The position numbers were made by a program, and so were the translations under genes. This document shows, piece by piece, positions 1 to 8,582 of a stretch of DNA of 46,158 bases; position 1 is the stretch's first letter; each line of letters begins with the position of its first letter. This DNA is from a virus (taxonomy: Duplodnaviria > Heunggongvirae > Uroviricota > Caudoviricetes): the IMG/VR virus record IMGVR_UViG_3300042896_000947, positions 1 to 46,158 of that record; one strand, 5' to 3'. The notes under the pieces were generated by a model that ran no database searches, was not told the origin of the DNA, and saw nothing but the letters and a program-made list of their open reading frames with translations.

Positions 1-692
1 CGCGCCTTGGGGGTGTGGGTGCCCGCGTCCACGGCGGCGAAGAACTCGTTCACGTCCTTCCACTGGGCCAGGAACAGCGCGGCGCCCTTTTCCCCGAGAC
101 CGGCAATGCCGTCGATGTTGTCCGAACCGTCGCCCTGCAGCGCCTTGCCGTGCAAGAACGCCCGGGTGGTGAAGTAGCCGGTGAACTCCAGAAAGTTCAG
201 CTCGTCCACCCTGCGGTTGCGGATCGGGTCGTACCAGGACACGCCCGGGCCGACCATCTGCAGCCAGTCCCTGTCGCCCGAGACCATCGTGATCTGATAC
301 CCGGCTGCCACCAGCCTTGGTATCAGGTGTCCGGCCAGGTCATCGGCTTCGAGCAGCGGCGAGCGCATCTGCCGCACGTTGAGCATCGACAGGGCTTTTT
401 CCAGAAACGGCCCCTGACGCTTGAAGGCGTCCTTGCTCGCTTGCTGCGCGGCATCCATCGGGGCGCGGTTGCCCTTGTACTCAGGGAACAGCTCCATGCG
501 AAACTGCGCCTTGCCGTCCCAGAGGCACAAAAGCTCTTTCTGGCCGGGCGTCTCCTGCATGAGCGCGCGCAGGCTGCGCAGCACGCCGAAGATCGCCTGA
601 ACCTGCATGCCGCCCACGCTCAGCGGCGTGGCGTTGTGGTTTGCGTGCATGATGGAGTTGCCATCAATGAGCAAAATGTGTTTGCTTGCCAT
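1..692 (-). CDS. 5'-3' exonuclease / flap endonuclease (PolA N-terminal, T4 RNase H/T5 exonuclease family); runs off the left edge
   Basis: Manual translation from ATG at 692: MASKHILLIDGNS...LWDGKAQFRMELFPEYKGNR...LEADDLAG...VSGDRDWLQ...LQGDGSDNIDGIAGLGEKGA, matching the canonical 5'-3' exonuclease acidic motifs and H3TH motif. Absent from the ORF track because there is no stop in the window. Confidence 0.92.
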   Translation of the reverse strand, partial: MASKHILLIDGNSIMHANHNATPLSVGGMQVQAIFGVLRSLRALMQETPGQKELLCLWDGKAQFRMELFPEYKGNRAPMDAAQQASKDAFKRQGPFLEKALSMLNVRQMRSPLLEADDLAGHLIPRLVAAGYQITMVSGDRDWLQMVGPGVSWYDPIRNRRVDELNFLEFTGYFTTRAFLHGKALQGDGSDNIDGIAGLGEKGAALFLAQWKDVNEFFAAVDAGTHTPKA

Positions 693-706
693 AAGAATCC
701 CTTGAT

Positions 707-736
707 GAAAAAGGGCAGGCCGAAGCCTGCCCTTTT
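707..736 (-). terminator. Rho-independent terminator after the ssb gene
   Basis: Perfect stem AAAAGGGCAGGC/GCCTGCCCTTTT with a UUCG loop on the minus strand, followed by a U-run. Confidence 0.85.
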
Positions 737-751
737 GGGTTGCGGAAGGGA

Positions 752-1681
752 TTAACCGAGTTCGGCCAGCAGCTTGTCCAGGTCAGCGTCGCCGGTGCTT
801 TCGCTGGCGGCGGGTGCAGCTGCCACAGGGGCGGCCTTCACCGGGGCAGGGGTGGGCTTGACCGCGATGTCCTCGATGTCCTCGACCACGGGCAGCGGCG
901 CTGCAGGGGCGCGACGCACCGGAGCGGGCGCTGGTGCGGCGGCATACGGGTCGTCGTCAATCGACGCGGCACCCGTCGTGGCAACACCGGTTCCCACAGG
1001 GGCAGAAGGCGCTGCCAGCAGACCGGAGACCGCGCGCACCGAGTTCAAGGCGCGCAGTTGCTGACCGGCGTTTTCCTGCTGCACGTACTCGTCCAGGTTG
1101 TGCAGCTTGCCCAGCGCGGCAGGTGGCACGGGCGAGGTCTTGACGCTGGCCATGACCGTGTACTTGGTCTGCAGGCCGACGCCGGTGCGGGTGATGATCA
1201 CGTCGCGGCCGGTTTCAACGTCGAAGATCGACTGCTCGGCATCCTCGTACTGCTCGACGATGTCCAGGTACGCCTTGAAGGCGGTCGGGGACAGTTCGAG
1301 AATCTTGACTTCGCCCGGCGTGCCCGAGTCGATGTGCAAGGCGTTGACCAGAATGCGGCCCGAGCTTTTTGCTTCCTTGAGCAGGTTCATGGTGAAGTCA
1401 TCGGAGGCAGAAGACATGCCTTGCTCCAGTGCATTGCACACAGCGCACGGCTTGCCGTAGGTCTTGTCGGTACACATGTAGACTGCGGCGATTTTCTTTT
1501 CCGAATTGCGGACGAAGTGCTGGCCGAAGTCGTGCCAGAACTGCTGGCCGGCACCGCGCCAGCTGTGCAGGATGCGGTAGCGGCCCGAACCATCGACAGG
1601 CTTGATGGTTTTCATGCGGTCGCCCGAGGCGGCGGCGATTTCAGATTTCTTGGCGCGGAGCAAGTCGAGAAGTGAAGACAT
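752..1681 (-). CDS. gp32-like single-stranded DNA-binding protein
   Basis: Zn-type motif HFV...YMCTDKTYGKPCAVC, Pro/Ala linker and acidic C-terminal tail DADLDKLLAELG, as in T4 gp32-family SSBs; located in the replication block. Confidence 0.75.
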   Translation of the reverse strand: MSSLLDLLRAKKSEIAAASGDRMKTIKPVDGSGRYRILHSWRGAGQQFWHDFGQHFVRNSEKKIAAVYMCTDKTYGKPCAVCNALEQGMSSASDDFTMNLLKEAKSSGRILVNALHIDSGTPGEVKILELSPTAFKAYLDIVEQYEDAEQSIFDVETGRDVIITRTGVGLQTKYTVMASVKTSPVPPAALGKLHNLDEYVQQENAGQQLRALNSVRAVSGLLAAPSAPVGTGVATTGAASIDDDPYAAAPAPAPVRRAPAAPLPVVEDIEDIAVKPTPAPVKAAPVAAAPAASESTGDADLDKLLAELG

Positions 1682-1768
1682 TTGGGAAGTTCCTTAGTTG
1701 GGAAGTTTGGGAAGGTTGGTACTGATGTGGCAGCGAGGTTTCAATCCCGCTGCTCACCCACTTATTAT

Positions 1769-1782
1769 AGTCAGTGCTGACT
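1769..1782. promoter_or_regulatory. Palindromic operator AGTCA-GTGC-TGACT abutting a minus-strand TATAAT (1764-1769) upstream of ssb
   Basis: Sequence read directly; the same motif recurs across the window. Confidence 0.75.
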
Positions 1783-1813
1783 GAGCCACAGTGGCAATTT
1801 ACGCGGCAGATTC

Positions 1814-2344
1814 TTACGCTGCGCTGCGCGACAGGGCGTCCATCACGCGGGTCTTGGCGCCATCGAGGCCAGCGGCGGCGAAGCCGACGGCGGTCGAACC
1901 CCGGAACTCACGGTTGGCATCCCGGGCGATTTGCAGCAGCATGTCCTTGCGCGAGTCAAAGGAGTGGGCTGCGCCCTTGGCCATGTCCAGCTCGAACTGC
2001 GCGTCAATCAGGCGCAGGCTGGCTGCGCGCCAGAGCGAGTCGGTGGTCACCGCCGACTTGACCTGGGCCTCGGTGGTCTTGGGGTTTTCTTCCAGGAGCG
2101 CGGCGCGGTGCTTGCGGTTGAGCACGGCTTCGAGCACTTCGAGGCGGTTCTTGTCGCGCTCGTACTGGCGCCGGGCGCGGGCCGACTGCTCGATGTAGTA
2201 GGACTGCAGCGCGGTCTGCTCTTCCATCGCCTTGCCGATGTTGGTCGGGTCGATGACGATGTCCTTTTTCAGCTGCGACGGATTAATGAAGCTGGTGATC
2301 GCCGGATCGGCGACGGCGTGAATGACAGGGTCGGTTGTACTCAT
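1814..2344 (-). CDS. Coiled-coil protein, possible UvsY-like recombination mediator
   Basis: Helical pattern (TEAQVKSAVTTD...FDSRKDMLLQ) and position next to the gp32-like gene; weak family recognition. Confidence 0.45.
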   Translation of the reverse strand: MSTTDPVIHAVADPAITSFINPSQLKKDIVIDPTNIGKAMEEQTALQSYYIEQSARARRQYERDKNRLEVLEAVLNRKHRAALLEENPKTTEAQVKSAVTTDSLWRAASLRLIDAQFELDMAKGAAHSFDSRKDMLLQIARDANREFRGSTAVGFAAAGLDGAKTRVMDALSRSAA

Positions 2345-2375
2345 GGGTTCCTTGGTGGTGGGGGTTAAGGGTTTT

Positions 2376-2389
2376 AGTCAGTAGTGACT
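2376..2389. promoter_or_regulatory. Palindromic operator AGTCA-GTAG-TGACT, 6 nt downstream of minus-strand TATAAT (2396-2401)
   Basis: Sequence read directly. Confidence 0.75.
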
Positions 2390-2418
2390 GATGAAATTAT
2401 AGGGAGCGGGTTTCGGCG

Positions 2419-5400
2419 TTACGACAGCATTTCGCCCAAGGTTGCAAAGACTTTTTCCACCAGCGTGATCTTGGACGGGTCGAAGAAGATGCTGCCGGGG
2501 TTGATGCCCAGGATGATCGAGGCGTCGCGCTCCTTGTCGAAGATGACCTTGCCGGCCAGGTCCGTCGGGGTGCCCTTCATGCCCTTGGTGAAGTAGCGCA
2601 CGGCGTTCGAGCCCATGGCGATGATCACCGGCGGCTTGAGGATTTCCAGCTCGCGCTCCAGCCACTTGCTGCAGTTGGAAATCTGCTCGTTGGAGATCAC
2701 CTTCTGGTCCTTGGGCTTGACCGCCCGGACCAGCGAGGTGTAGTAGCCGTCAGCCGCTTTCATGCCCACGCCCTTGAGCGCGGCCTTGACCACATCGGCC
2801 GCATCGCCTTCGAGCATCTTGCCGGCCCGCTCCTCTTTCCAGTTGGGCGTGTCGAACACCAGGAAGAATTTGGGCGCGTCACCCATCCGGGGCAGCGGGT
2901 GCGCCTGGCCCTTGAGGGAGCAGCCTTCGCAGCCGCGGATCTCCTCGATCATGCTGGTGATCTTGATTTTCGCCAGGTGTTCGGCGTTGAGCAGCCGGTC
3001 GGGCTTGACCATCTCTACGGTGAAGCCCGGCATGAGTTCGATGCGGTCCTTGAGTCGGCTCGGGTGCATGGGCGCGACGCCCTCCCCATCGAGCGCATGA
3101 AACGCGCCCACCTTGCCGAGCGTCTCGCGGTGTCGGACGTTGACCTGCGTTCTGCCCAGCGCGAGCTTTTGCACCGCAGGGTCCAGCCCATTGACCACCT
3201 TGGTGGCTGGGTCGTAGGTGAACCTGCCGCCCATGTGCGCCCGCAGCTTGACCAGCGAGGCCGCCACGTTCGAGCTGATGCCCTTGACCGACTGGAACGG
3301 AGCGTAGAGCTTGTCTTCGCCTTCAATCTCGATGCGGGCCGAACTTTTGTTCAGGTCGGGCGGCAGAATCTGCAGCTTCCTGGCTTGTGCGTCGGCCACC
3401 AGGCTGGTGAGCTGGTCCTCCTTGTCGATCACCGTCATGGCCGCCGCATAGAACTCGGCGGGGTAGTAGACCTTGAGCCACATCGTCACCCAGGAAATCA
3501 GCGAGTAGGCAGCGGCGTGCGACTTGTTGAATCCGTAGCCCGCGAAGCCCGCAATGGTCTCCCACAGCGTATCGGCCTGGCTGGCGGCCATCCCCGACTT
3601 CTCGGCTCCGGCGATGAACACCTCCTTGTACTCGGCCATCTTGACCGCGTCCTTCTTGCCCATGGCTTTTCTCACACCGTCTGCTTCGCCCGGGGTCATG
3701 CCGCTGAGCAGGCGGCAGACCTTCATCACCTGCTCCTGGTAGACGATCACGCCAAAGGTGTCGCCCAGGCACTCCTCCAGGATCGGATGCTCGTAGAACG
3801 GCGAGGTCAGGCCCTTCTTGACCTGGACATAGCGGTCGCACAGGCCCGCGTCGAGCGGCCCCGGGCGGAACAGCGCGGTGGCCGCGCACAGGTCGTTGAA
3901 GTCAAGCGGCCCGGAGGTTGCCATGTCCTTGAGCAGGGTGCGCATGCCGCCCCCGCTGAACTGGAAGGCGCCGACGGTGTCACCCTTGCCGAAGGCGGCC
4001 AGAACGCGCTTGTCGTCCAGCGGCAGCGCCAGCATGTTGATGGTCTTGTGGTGGCGCTCTTTGATGTAGGTGAAGGCCAGGTCGATCAGGTCGAGCGTGT
4101 TCAGGCCCAAGATGTCCATCTTGATCAGGCCGAAGTTCTCGACCTGGCGCTTGTCCCACTGCACCACCGGCAGTTCGCCCTTGGTGGAGACCACGGCGCG
4201 CTGGATCACCGGCTCGCCCGCCACCACAATGCCGGCGGCGTGCTGGCTGAGCGAGCGGTTCGCCCCCTCCAGACGCAGGGCGTGGTCCCACAGGATCGGG
4301 CGCTCCTTCCTGAACTTGTCAATGTCGGGCACCCGCTCGGCGCTTTCGAGCAGACCGACCGAGACCCCGTGGTCCTTTTCCATCTGCTTGCTGCATGAAT
4401 ACTCCCACGGCTCCAGGCCGTGCAGCCGGGCGGTGTCGCGCAGCGCCGACGCAGCGCCCAGCGTGGAGAAGTTGACGATGCCCGCCACGTTCTCGCGGCC
4501 GTACTTGCTGATGATGTAGTCGATGACCATGTGGCGCTTGCCCGACTCGAAGTCGAGGTCGGCATCGGGCAAGTCCAGCCGGTCAGGGTTGATGAAGCGC
4601 TCAAACAGCAGCCCGAAGCGGATCGGGTCCGCGTCGGTGATGCCCATCAGGTAGGCGACCAGCGAGCCGGCGCTCGAACCGCGTCCCGGGCCGACCATGA
4701 CGCCGTTCTCCTTGCTCCACTGCACGATGTCCTGCACCAGCAAAAAGTAGCCGGAAAAGCCCATGCGCTGCAGCACGCCAAGCTCGAATTTCAGGCGCTC
4801 GCGGTAGACGCCTTCGAGGTCTTCGGCGCTGGGCTGGTGGCCCCATACCGGCGCCGAGAAGCGCCTGGCCCAGCCCGCCTTGACGGCCAGCATCAGGGCG
4901 CTGAATTCGTTCTCTGCCATCTTGGGCATCGAGGGGGCCAGCTTGGCGAAGGCGTAGGTGCACTTGGTCGCCAGGGCAGCGGCGTTCTTGAGCGTCTGCA
5001 CCACGCCGTAGCCGCCGTCTTCGTGGTCCATGCAGGCGCGCAGCAGCGCCCGGGTGCTCTGCACCGCCATGTCCTTGGGCGCCAGCAGACACAGGTCGCG
5101 GTTGAACGGCTTGGCCAGAAAGATCGAGTCCATCTGCGTGTTGCTGCTGATGGCCTTGAGTACATCGGTGGCGTCGGCGTCGTCGGGCGTGGCGTAGAAC
5201 GCCGGGCGCGTGACGATGACCTGGCGCTCGTCGGGGCCGTGGCCCAGCGCGATGGCATTAAGACGGTCGAACAGCGGCGTGTCGATCGCCACCAGCTCGG
5301 TGTAGTAGTCGGCGCCGAAGCGCTCCTTGAGCGAGTGGTGGATGCTGTGGGCCGAGGGATGCTTCCACAGGCTGTGCAGGTCGCCCGAGGTGACGATCAC

Positions 5401-5793
5401 ATCGTCGAGCGCCAGCACATCGTCCAAGCCCAGCCGGGCATGGTAGTAGAAGTGGTCCGGGGTCAGCGACTTGGTCAGGGCGGCGAACAGCGCGCGCAGA
5501 CCGGCGTCGCCCTTGACATAGACCTTGAGGCGGTAGCCGTTGTTCTCGCGGTCCTTCATCTTGGCGACCGGATCGTCCACGATCTGCAGGGTGCAGCCGA
5601 CGATGGGGGTCAAGCCCGCTTTCTTGGCCGCTTCGCTGAAGGTGGGCATGGATGAGACGCTCATGTAGTCCACCAGCGCGACATGTGTCAGGCCCGCCTC
5701 CTTGGCGCGGGCGATGATCTTGTCGATCTGGAACGAACTCTCGCCCAGCGAGTAGTCCGAGCGCACCGACAGGGCGATTTGCAGCGGGTTCAT
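2419..5793 (-). CDS. dnaE: DNA polymerase III alpha subunit (family C) with C-terminal uracil-DNA-glycosylase-like domain
   Basis: GPGRGSSAGSLVAYLMGIT, LLFERFINPDRLDLPDADLDF, GLIKMDILG, VIVYQEQVM, YGFNKSHAAAY motifs. Start placed at 5793 (ATGA overlap with the upstream stop) rather than 5886. Confidence 0.96.
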   Translation of the reverse strand: MNPLQIALSVRSDYSLGESSFQIDKIIARAKEAGLTHVALVDYMSVSSMPTFSEAAKKAGLTPIVGCTLQIVDDPVAKMKDRENNGYRLKVYVKGDAGLRALFAALTKSLTPDHFYYHARLGLDDVLALDDVIVTSGDLHSLWKHPSAHSIHHSLKERFGADYYTELVAIDTPLFDRLNAIALGHGPDERQVIVTRPAFYATPDDADATDVLKAISSNTQMDSIFLAKPFNRDLCLLAPKDMAVQSTRALLRACMDHEDGGYGVVQTLKNAAALATKCTYAFAKLAPSMPKMAENEFSALMLAVKAGWARRFSAPVWGHQPSAEDLEGVYRERLKFELGVLQRMGFSGYFLLVQDIVQWSKENGVMVGPGRGSSAGSLVAYLMGITDADPIRFGLLFERFINPDRLDLPDADLDFESGKRHMVIDYIISKYGRENVAGIVNFSTLGAASALRDTARLHGLEPWEYSCSKQMEKDHGVSVGLLESAERVPDIDKFRKERPILWDHALRLEGANRSLSQHAAGIVVAGEPVIQRAVVSTKGELPVVQWDKRQVENFGLIKMDILGLNTLDLIDLAFTYIKERHHKTINMLALPLDDKRVLAAFGKGDTVGAFQFSGGGMRTLLKDMATSGPLDFNDLCAATALFRPGPLDAGLCDRYVQVKKGLTSPFYEHPILEECLGDTFGVIVYQEQVMKVCRLLSGMTPGEADGVRKAMGKKDAVKMAEYKEVFIAGAEKSGMAASQADTLWETIAGFAGYGFNKSHAAAYSLISWVTMWLKVYYPAEFYAAAMTVIDKEDQLTSLVADAQARKLQILPPDLNKSSARIEIEGEDKLYAPFQSVKGISSNVAASLVKLRAHMGGRFTYDPATKVVNGLDPAVQKLALGRTQVNVRHRETLGKVGAFHALDGEGVAPMHPSRLKDRIELMPGFTVEMVKPDRLLNAEHLAKIKITSMIEEIRGCEGCSLKGQAHPLPRMGDAPKFFLVFDTPNWKEERAGKMLEGDAADVVKAALKGVGMKAADGYYTSLVRAVKPKDQKVISNEQISNCSKWLERELEILKPPVIIAMGSNAVRYFTKGMKGTPTDLAGKVIFDKERDASIILGINPGSIFFDPSKITLVEKVFATLGEMLS

Positions 5794-6002
5794 GCGGACT
5801 CCGCCCCGCCGCGCGGCACGAAGTCGAACTTGCGCGCCAGCTGGTTGATCACATCGTAGCGGGAGCCGGCGTCCTTGGGGATGCACGGGCTGACGGCGAG
5901 AAACACCTCATGGGTGCGGGCGCGCTCTTCGCAGTCAAACGTCTTGCCGTCACTGGCGCGCCAGTGGTCGATCTTGGCGGGGGTCTTGATGTCTAATTTC
6001 AT
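5790..6002 (-). CDS. Hypothetical protein (70 aa)
   Basis: RBS AGAGG, GC3-rich codons, stop overlaps the dnaE start. Confidence 0.7.
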   Translation of the reverse strand: MKLDIKTPAKIDHWRASDGKTFDCEERARTHEVFLAVSPCIPKDAGSRYDVINQLARKFDFVPRGGAESA

Positions 6003-6035
6003 GGGTTACCTCTTTCAATAAGTAGTGTCAGGGCG

Positions 6036-6635
6036 CTAGTTCGGCAGCAGCGCAAAATGCCCGCCCTGCTCGGTGGCAATGCGCCCTGCGGCGAAGATGG
6101 ACATGCCGACCGACGCTTGCACCTTGGCGCTTTGGGGCGTGAGGTCCAGGCGTTCGACCAGCGCCAGCGTCAGCTCGGCGCGGGTAGTGCCGCCGGCCAG
6201 CAGCAGGTCGCAAAAGACGTGCCTCCAGCCTTTGCTGGCCGGGTTGCGCCCGGCGCGAAACTCTGCGCGGGCAAAGTCAAACCAGCCGCGCTCGGCGAGC
6301 TGGCGCGCCGGGGCGCAGACCCGGGCGGGCAGGCTGTCGAACTGGCTCAGCTGGGCGGCGCTCAGGGTGCAGCGTTTGATGCCGCCCCTGCTGGTGGTCG
6401 CCACGACGCGCTGGGGCATGGGGCAGCTACCCTGCGCCGGCAGCCCGGCAAGCGCCCGGCGGGTCAGTGACAGCGACAGGCGTTCGCGCTGGGTGAGCGG
6501 GTTGCAGGGCAGGGTCTCCAGCAGGGACGAGGCCGCGTGGCCGCAGCTGCCTTGAAACGGGCAGCTGCGGCACGACGGCGAGTTGGCGCTCAGGGCGGTG
6601 GGCAGGCCGAAGCAGCCGGGATGCTCGATGCTCAC
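6036..6635 (-). CDS. Hypothetical protein with N-terminal Cys cluster (CFG...CRSC...C)
   Basis: ATGA overlap with the upstream gene; four clustered cysteines suggest metal binding. Confidence 0.7.
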   Translation of the reverse strand: MSIEHPGCFGLPTALSANSPSCRSCPFQGSCGHAASSLLETLPCNPLTQRERLSLSLTRRALAGLPAQGSCPMPQRVVATTSRGGIKRCTLSAAQLSQFDSLPARVCAPARQLAERGWFDFARAEFRAGRNPASKGWRHVFCDLLLAGGTTRAELTLALVERLDLTPQSAKVQASVGMSIFAAGRIATEQGGHFALLPN

Positions 6636-7288
6636 GACCAGCGCACGCCGAAGGTGGTGAGAATTTCGAGCTTCACGCGGCGCAGCTCGTCGCCCTGCAG
6701 GTTGGCCGCGCGGGCCAGCTCGCGCAGCTTGGGGGTGGGCTCCTGGTTCTGCTCGCTTTGCAGCAGCAGGCCGATCAGGGTGCGTCCGCCCTGCGAGAGC
6801 GAAGCCAGCTTGCGCTGCATCGCCTGGGCGCCTTCGAGCCGGGCGTCGGGCTGGTCGATGTCGGCAGCCGGCTGACTGTCCATGAACGGCGTGGCGCTGC
6901 TGTCATCTTCAAACGCCTCGCCCGTGAACTCGCCCTCGCTGCCGATCAGCAGCAGGCCGCGTTCGCGTTCCATCTTGGCGATGGCGTGGTTGAAGTTGTT
7001 CAGGCAGACCGTGGTGCAGTAGGTCGAGAACATCGCGCCGCCCTGTGCGTTCCACTTGTGCGTGGACTTGACGTAGCTGACGTTCATCTCCTGCAGCACA
7101 TCGCCGAACTCCATGCTCAGGCCCATGGCCTGCACCCGGGCGTAGCATTTGATCGCCAGCTTGTGCAGCAGCGCTTCGACCGAGGCATAAGAGCCGTCGT
7201 TGGCGAACTTTTCATTCTTCTCGGTGCGGGTGCGTGCCACGCGGGGTTTCTTCGCCCGCGTGGGCGCCATGACGGTGGTGGTGGTCAT
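6632..7288 (-). CDS. Sigma-70-like / sigma-factor-region-2 protein
   Basis: GDVLQEMNVSYVKSTHKWNAQGGAMFSTYCTTVCLNNF resembles sigma region 2.2-2.4; possible C-terminal HTH. Confidence 0.55.
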   Translation of the reverse strand: MTTTTVMAPTRAKKPRVARTRTEKNEKFANDGSYASVEALLHKLAIKCYARVQAMGLSMEFGDVLQEMNVSYVKSTHKWNAQGGAMFSTYCTTVCLNNFNHAIAKMERERGLLLIGSEGEFTGEAFEDDSSATPFMDSQPAADIDQPDARLEGAQAMQRKLASLSQGGRTLIGLLLQSEQNQEPTPKLRELARAANLQGDELRRVKLEILTTFGVRWS

Positions 7289-7297
7289 GGCGGCTCC

Positions 7298-8485
7298 TTA
7301 TGCGAACACGCGCTGCGCGACTTGCGAGGCGGTCTCGCGGTCGGTCGAGGACAAGCGGTTGATGAACGACTTTTCCAGCCCGTTGCGGTAGTTGCCGCAG
7401 GCAATCCCGATCTTTGCGGCGTAGATCAAGCTGCGCGGCGAGATCGGGTTGCCGATGCGCCCGCCGTCGAACTCAGCGCGAACGCGACTGGCGAAATCGA
7501 CCAGCTTTTCTGCGTCCTTGAGCGGGATGCCCGCCTGCTGCGAGACCAGGCGTGACTCTGATTTCTTCTCCATGTAGGGCATCTGCTCGACGACGCCGAA
7601 GCGCTCGTAGTTTGCGGAGTTCTGCACGTTGGTGCCTTGGTACAGGCCGGACTCGTCGCCCTGGCCGTTCGTGTTGCCGGTGGCGCAGATGCGAAAGTCG
7701 GGGTGCGGGCGGATCACGCGGTTTGCCAGGTCAGCCTCCTTGATCACCAAGGGCTTGCCCTCCAGCACGGCTTGGTACACGCTGGTGACTTCCGGGCGAC
7801 CGAAGTCGTACTCGTCGGCCATGTAGAGCCAGCCGTACTTCATGGCCATGGCGAGCGGACCCAGCTCGAAGAACGTCTTACCGTCACGCAGACGCCAGCC
7901 CCCGACGATGTGCTCCTCTTCCATGTTGGCGGTGTGCTGCACGCGAAAGAACGGACGCTTGGTGCGCGCGGCGATCTGCTCGAAGATGGTCGTCTTGCCG
8001 GTGCCGGCGTGGCCCCACAGGTAGACCGGAATCTTCATCTCCAGGCCCATCATCAGGCTCTTGAGGACTTCGACGTTGAACAGGTAGTTCGGGTCGATGT
8101 CCGGAATCATGCTGGCGTTCTCCGCGTTCTCGGCCATCACGCTGATGGGGATGGGGTTGCCCGAGGTGCGGCTCATGGCGGCAGCGCCCGACCCGAGGCT
8201 GAAGACTTCGTGAAAGAACGCCTTGCTGCTGGTTGAAACAGAGTCATGAGTGACTGACGAGGCGGTGGCATCAGCCTTGGCTTTCATGAAGTCTTCGATC
8301 TTGCGGCGGGCAATCTCGCTCATGATGGGCTGGCCCGGGTACTGCGCCTCGTACTGCTCCAGCGTCATGGCCAGGTCCGCGTGTTCGCGGCCCAGGTGGT
8401 GCTGAATGGAGTGAACGAGGGCGCCGCAGATGGCGCACTTGACGCGGGAATCGACGGCGAGGGAGGCGGTGTCAGCGATGGTCAT
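7298..8485 (-). CDS. CobS-like / MoxR-family AAA+ ATPase with N-terminal C2H2-like finger
   Basis: Walker A GHAGTGKT, Walker B YMADEYD, ATGNTNGQGD and ISPRSL motifs; N-terminal CAICG...HHLGREH. Confidence 0.9.
   Translation of the reverse strand: MTIADTASLAVDSRVKCAICGALVHSIQHHLGREHADLAMTLEQYEAQYPGQPIMSEIARRKIEDFMKAKADATASSVTHDSVSTSSKAFFHEVFSLGSGAAAMSRTSGNPIPISVMAENAENASMIPDIDPNYLFNVEVLKSLMMGLEMKIPVYLWGHAGTGKTTIFEQIAARTKRPFFRVQHTANMEEEHIVGGWRLRDGKTFFELGPLAMAMKYGWLYMADEYDFGRPEVTSVYQAVLEGKPLVIKEADLANRVIRPHPDFRICATGNTNGQGDESGLYQGTNVQNSANYERFGVVEQMPYMEKKSESRLVSQQAGIPLKDAEKLVDFASRVRAEFDGGRIGNPISPRSLIYAAKIGIACGNYRNGLEKSFINRLSSTDRETASQVAQRVFA
8242..8255. promoter_or_regulatory. Intragenic perfect operator-like box AGTCA-TGAG-TGACT
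   Basis: Same 14-mer as the box at 35721; lies in the poorly constrained linker of the AAA gene. Confidence 0.55.
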
Positions 8486-8565
8486 AAGGTTCCTTGGTGA
8501 TAAAAATGGGTGGGATTGTTTCCCGACAAAATCAATTATGCGACGACCCTCTCGGATCGTAGCAT

Positions 8566-8579
8566 AGTCATTTGTGACT
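8566..8579. promoter_or_regulatory. Palindromic operator AGTCA-TTTG-TGACT upstream of the AAA ATPase gene
   Basis: Sequence read directly; intergenic. Confidence 0.72.
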
Positions 8580-8582
8580 GAC

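Noticed and set aside
2419-5793. Intein in DnaE (also considered for the helicase)
   Set aside because: Motif spacing is continuous and no splice-junction or LAGLIDADG motifs are seen.
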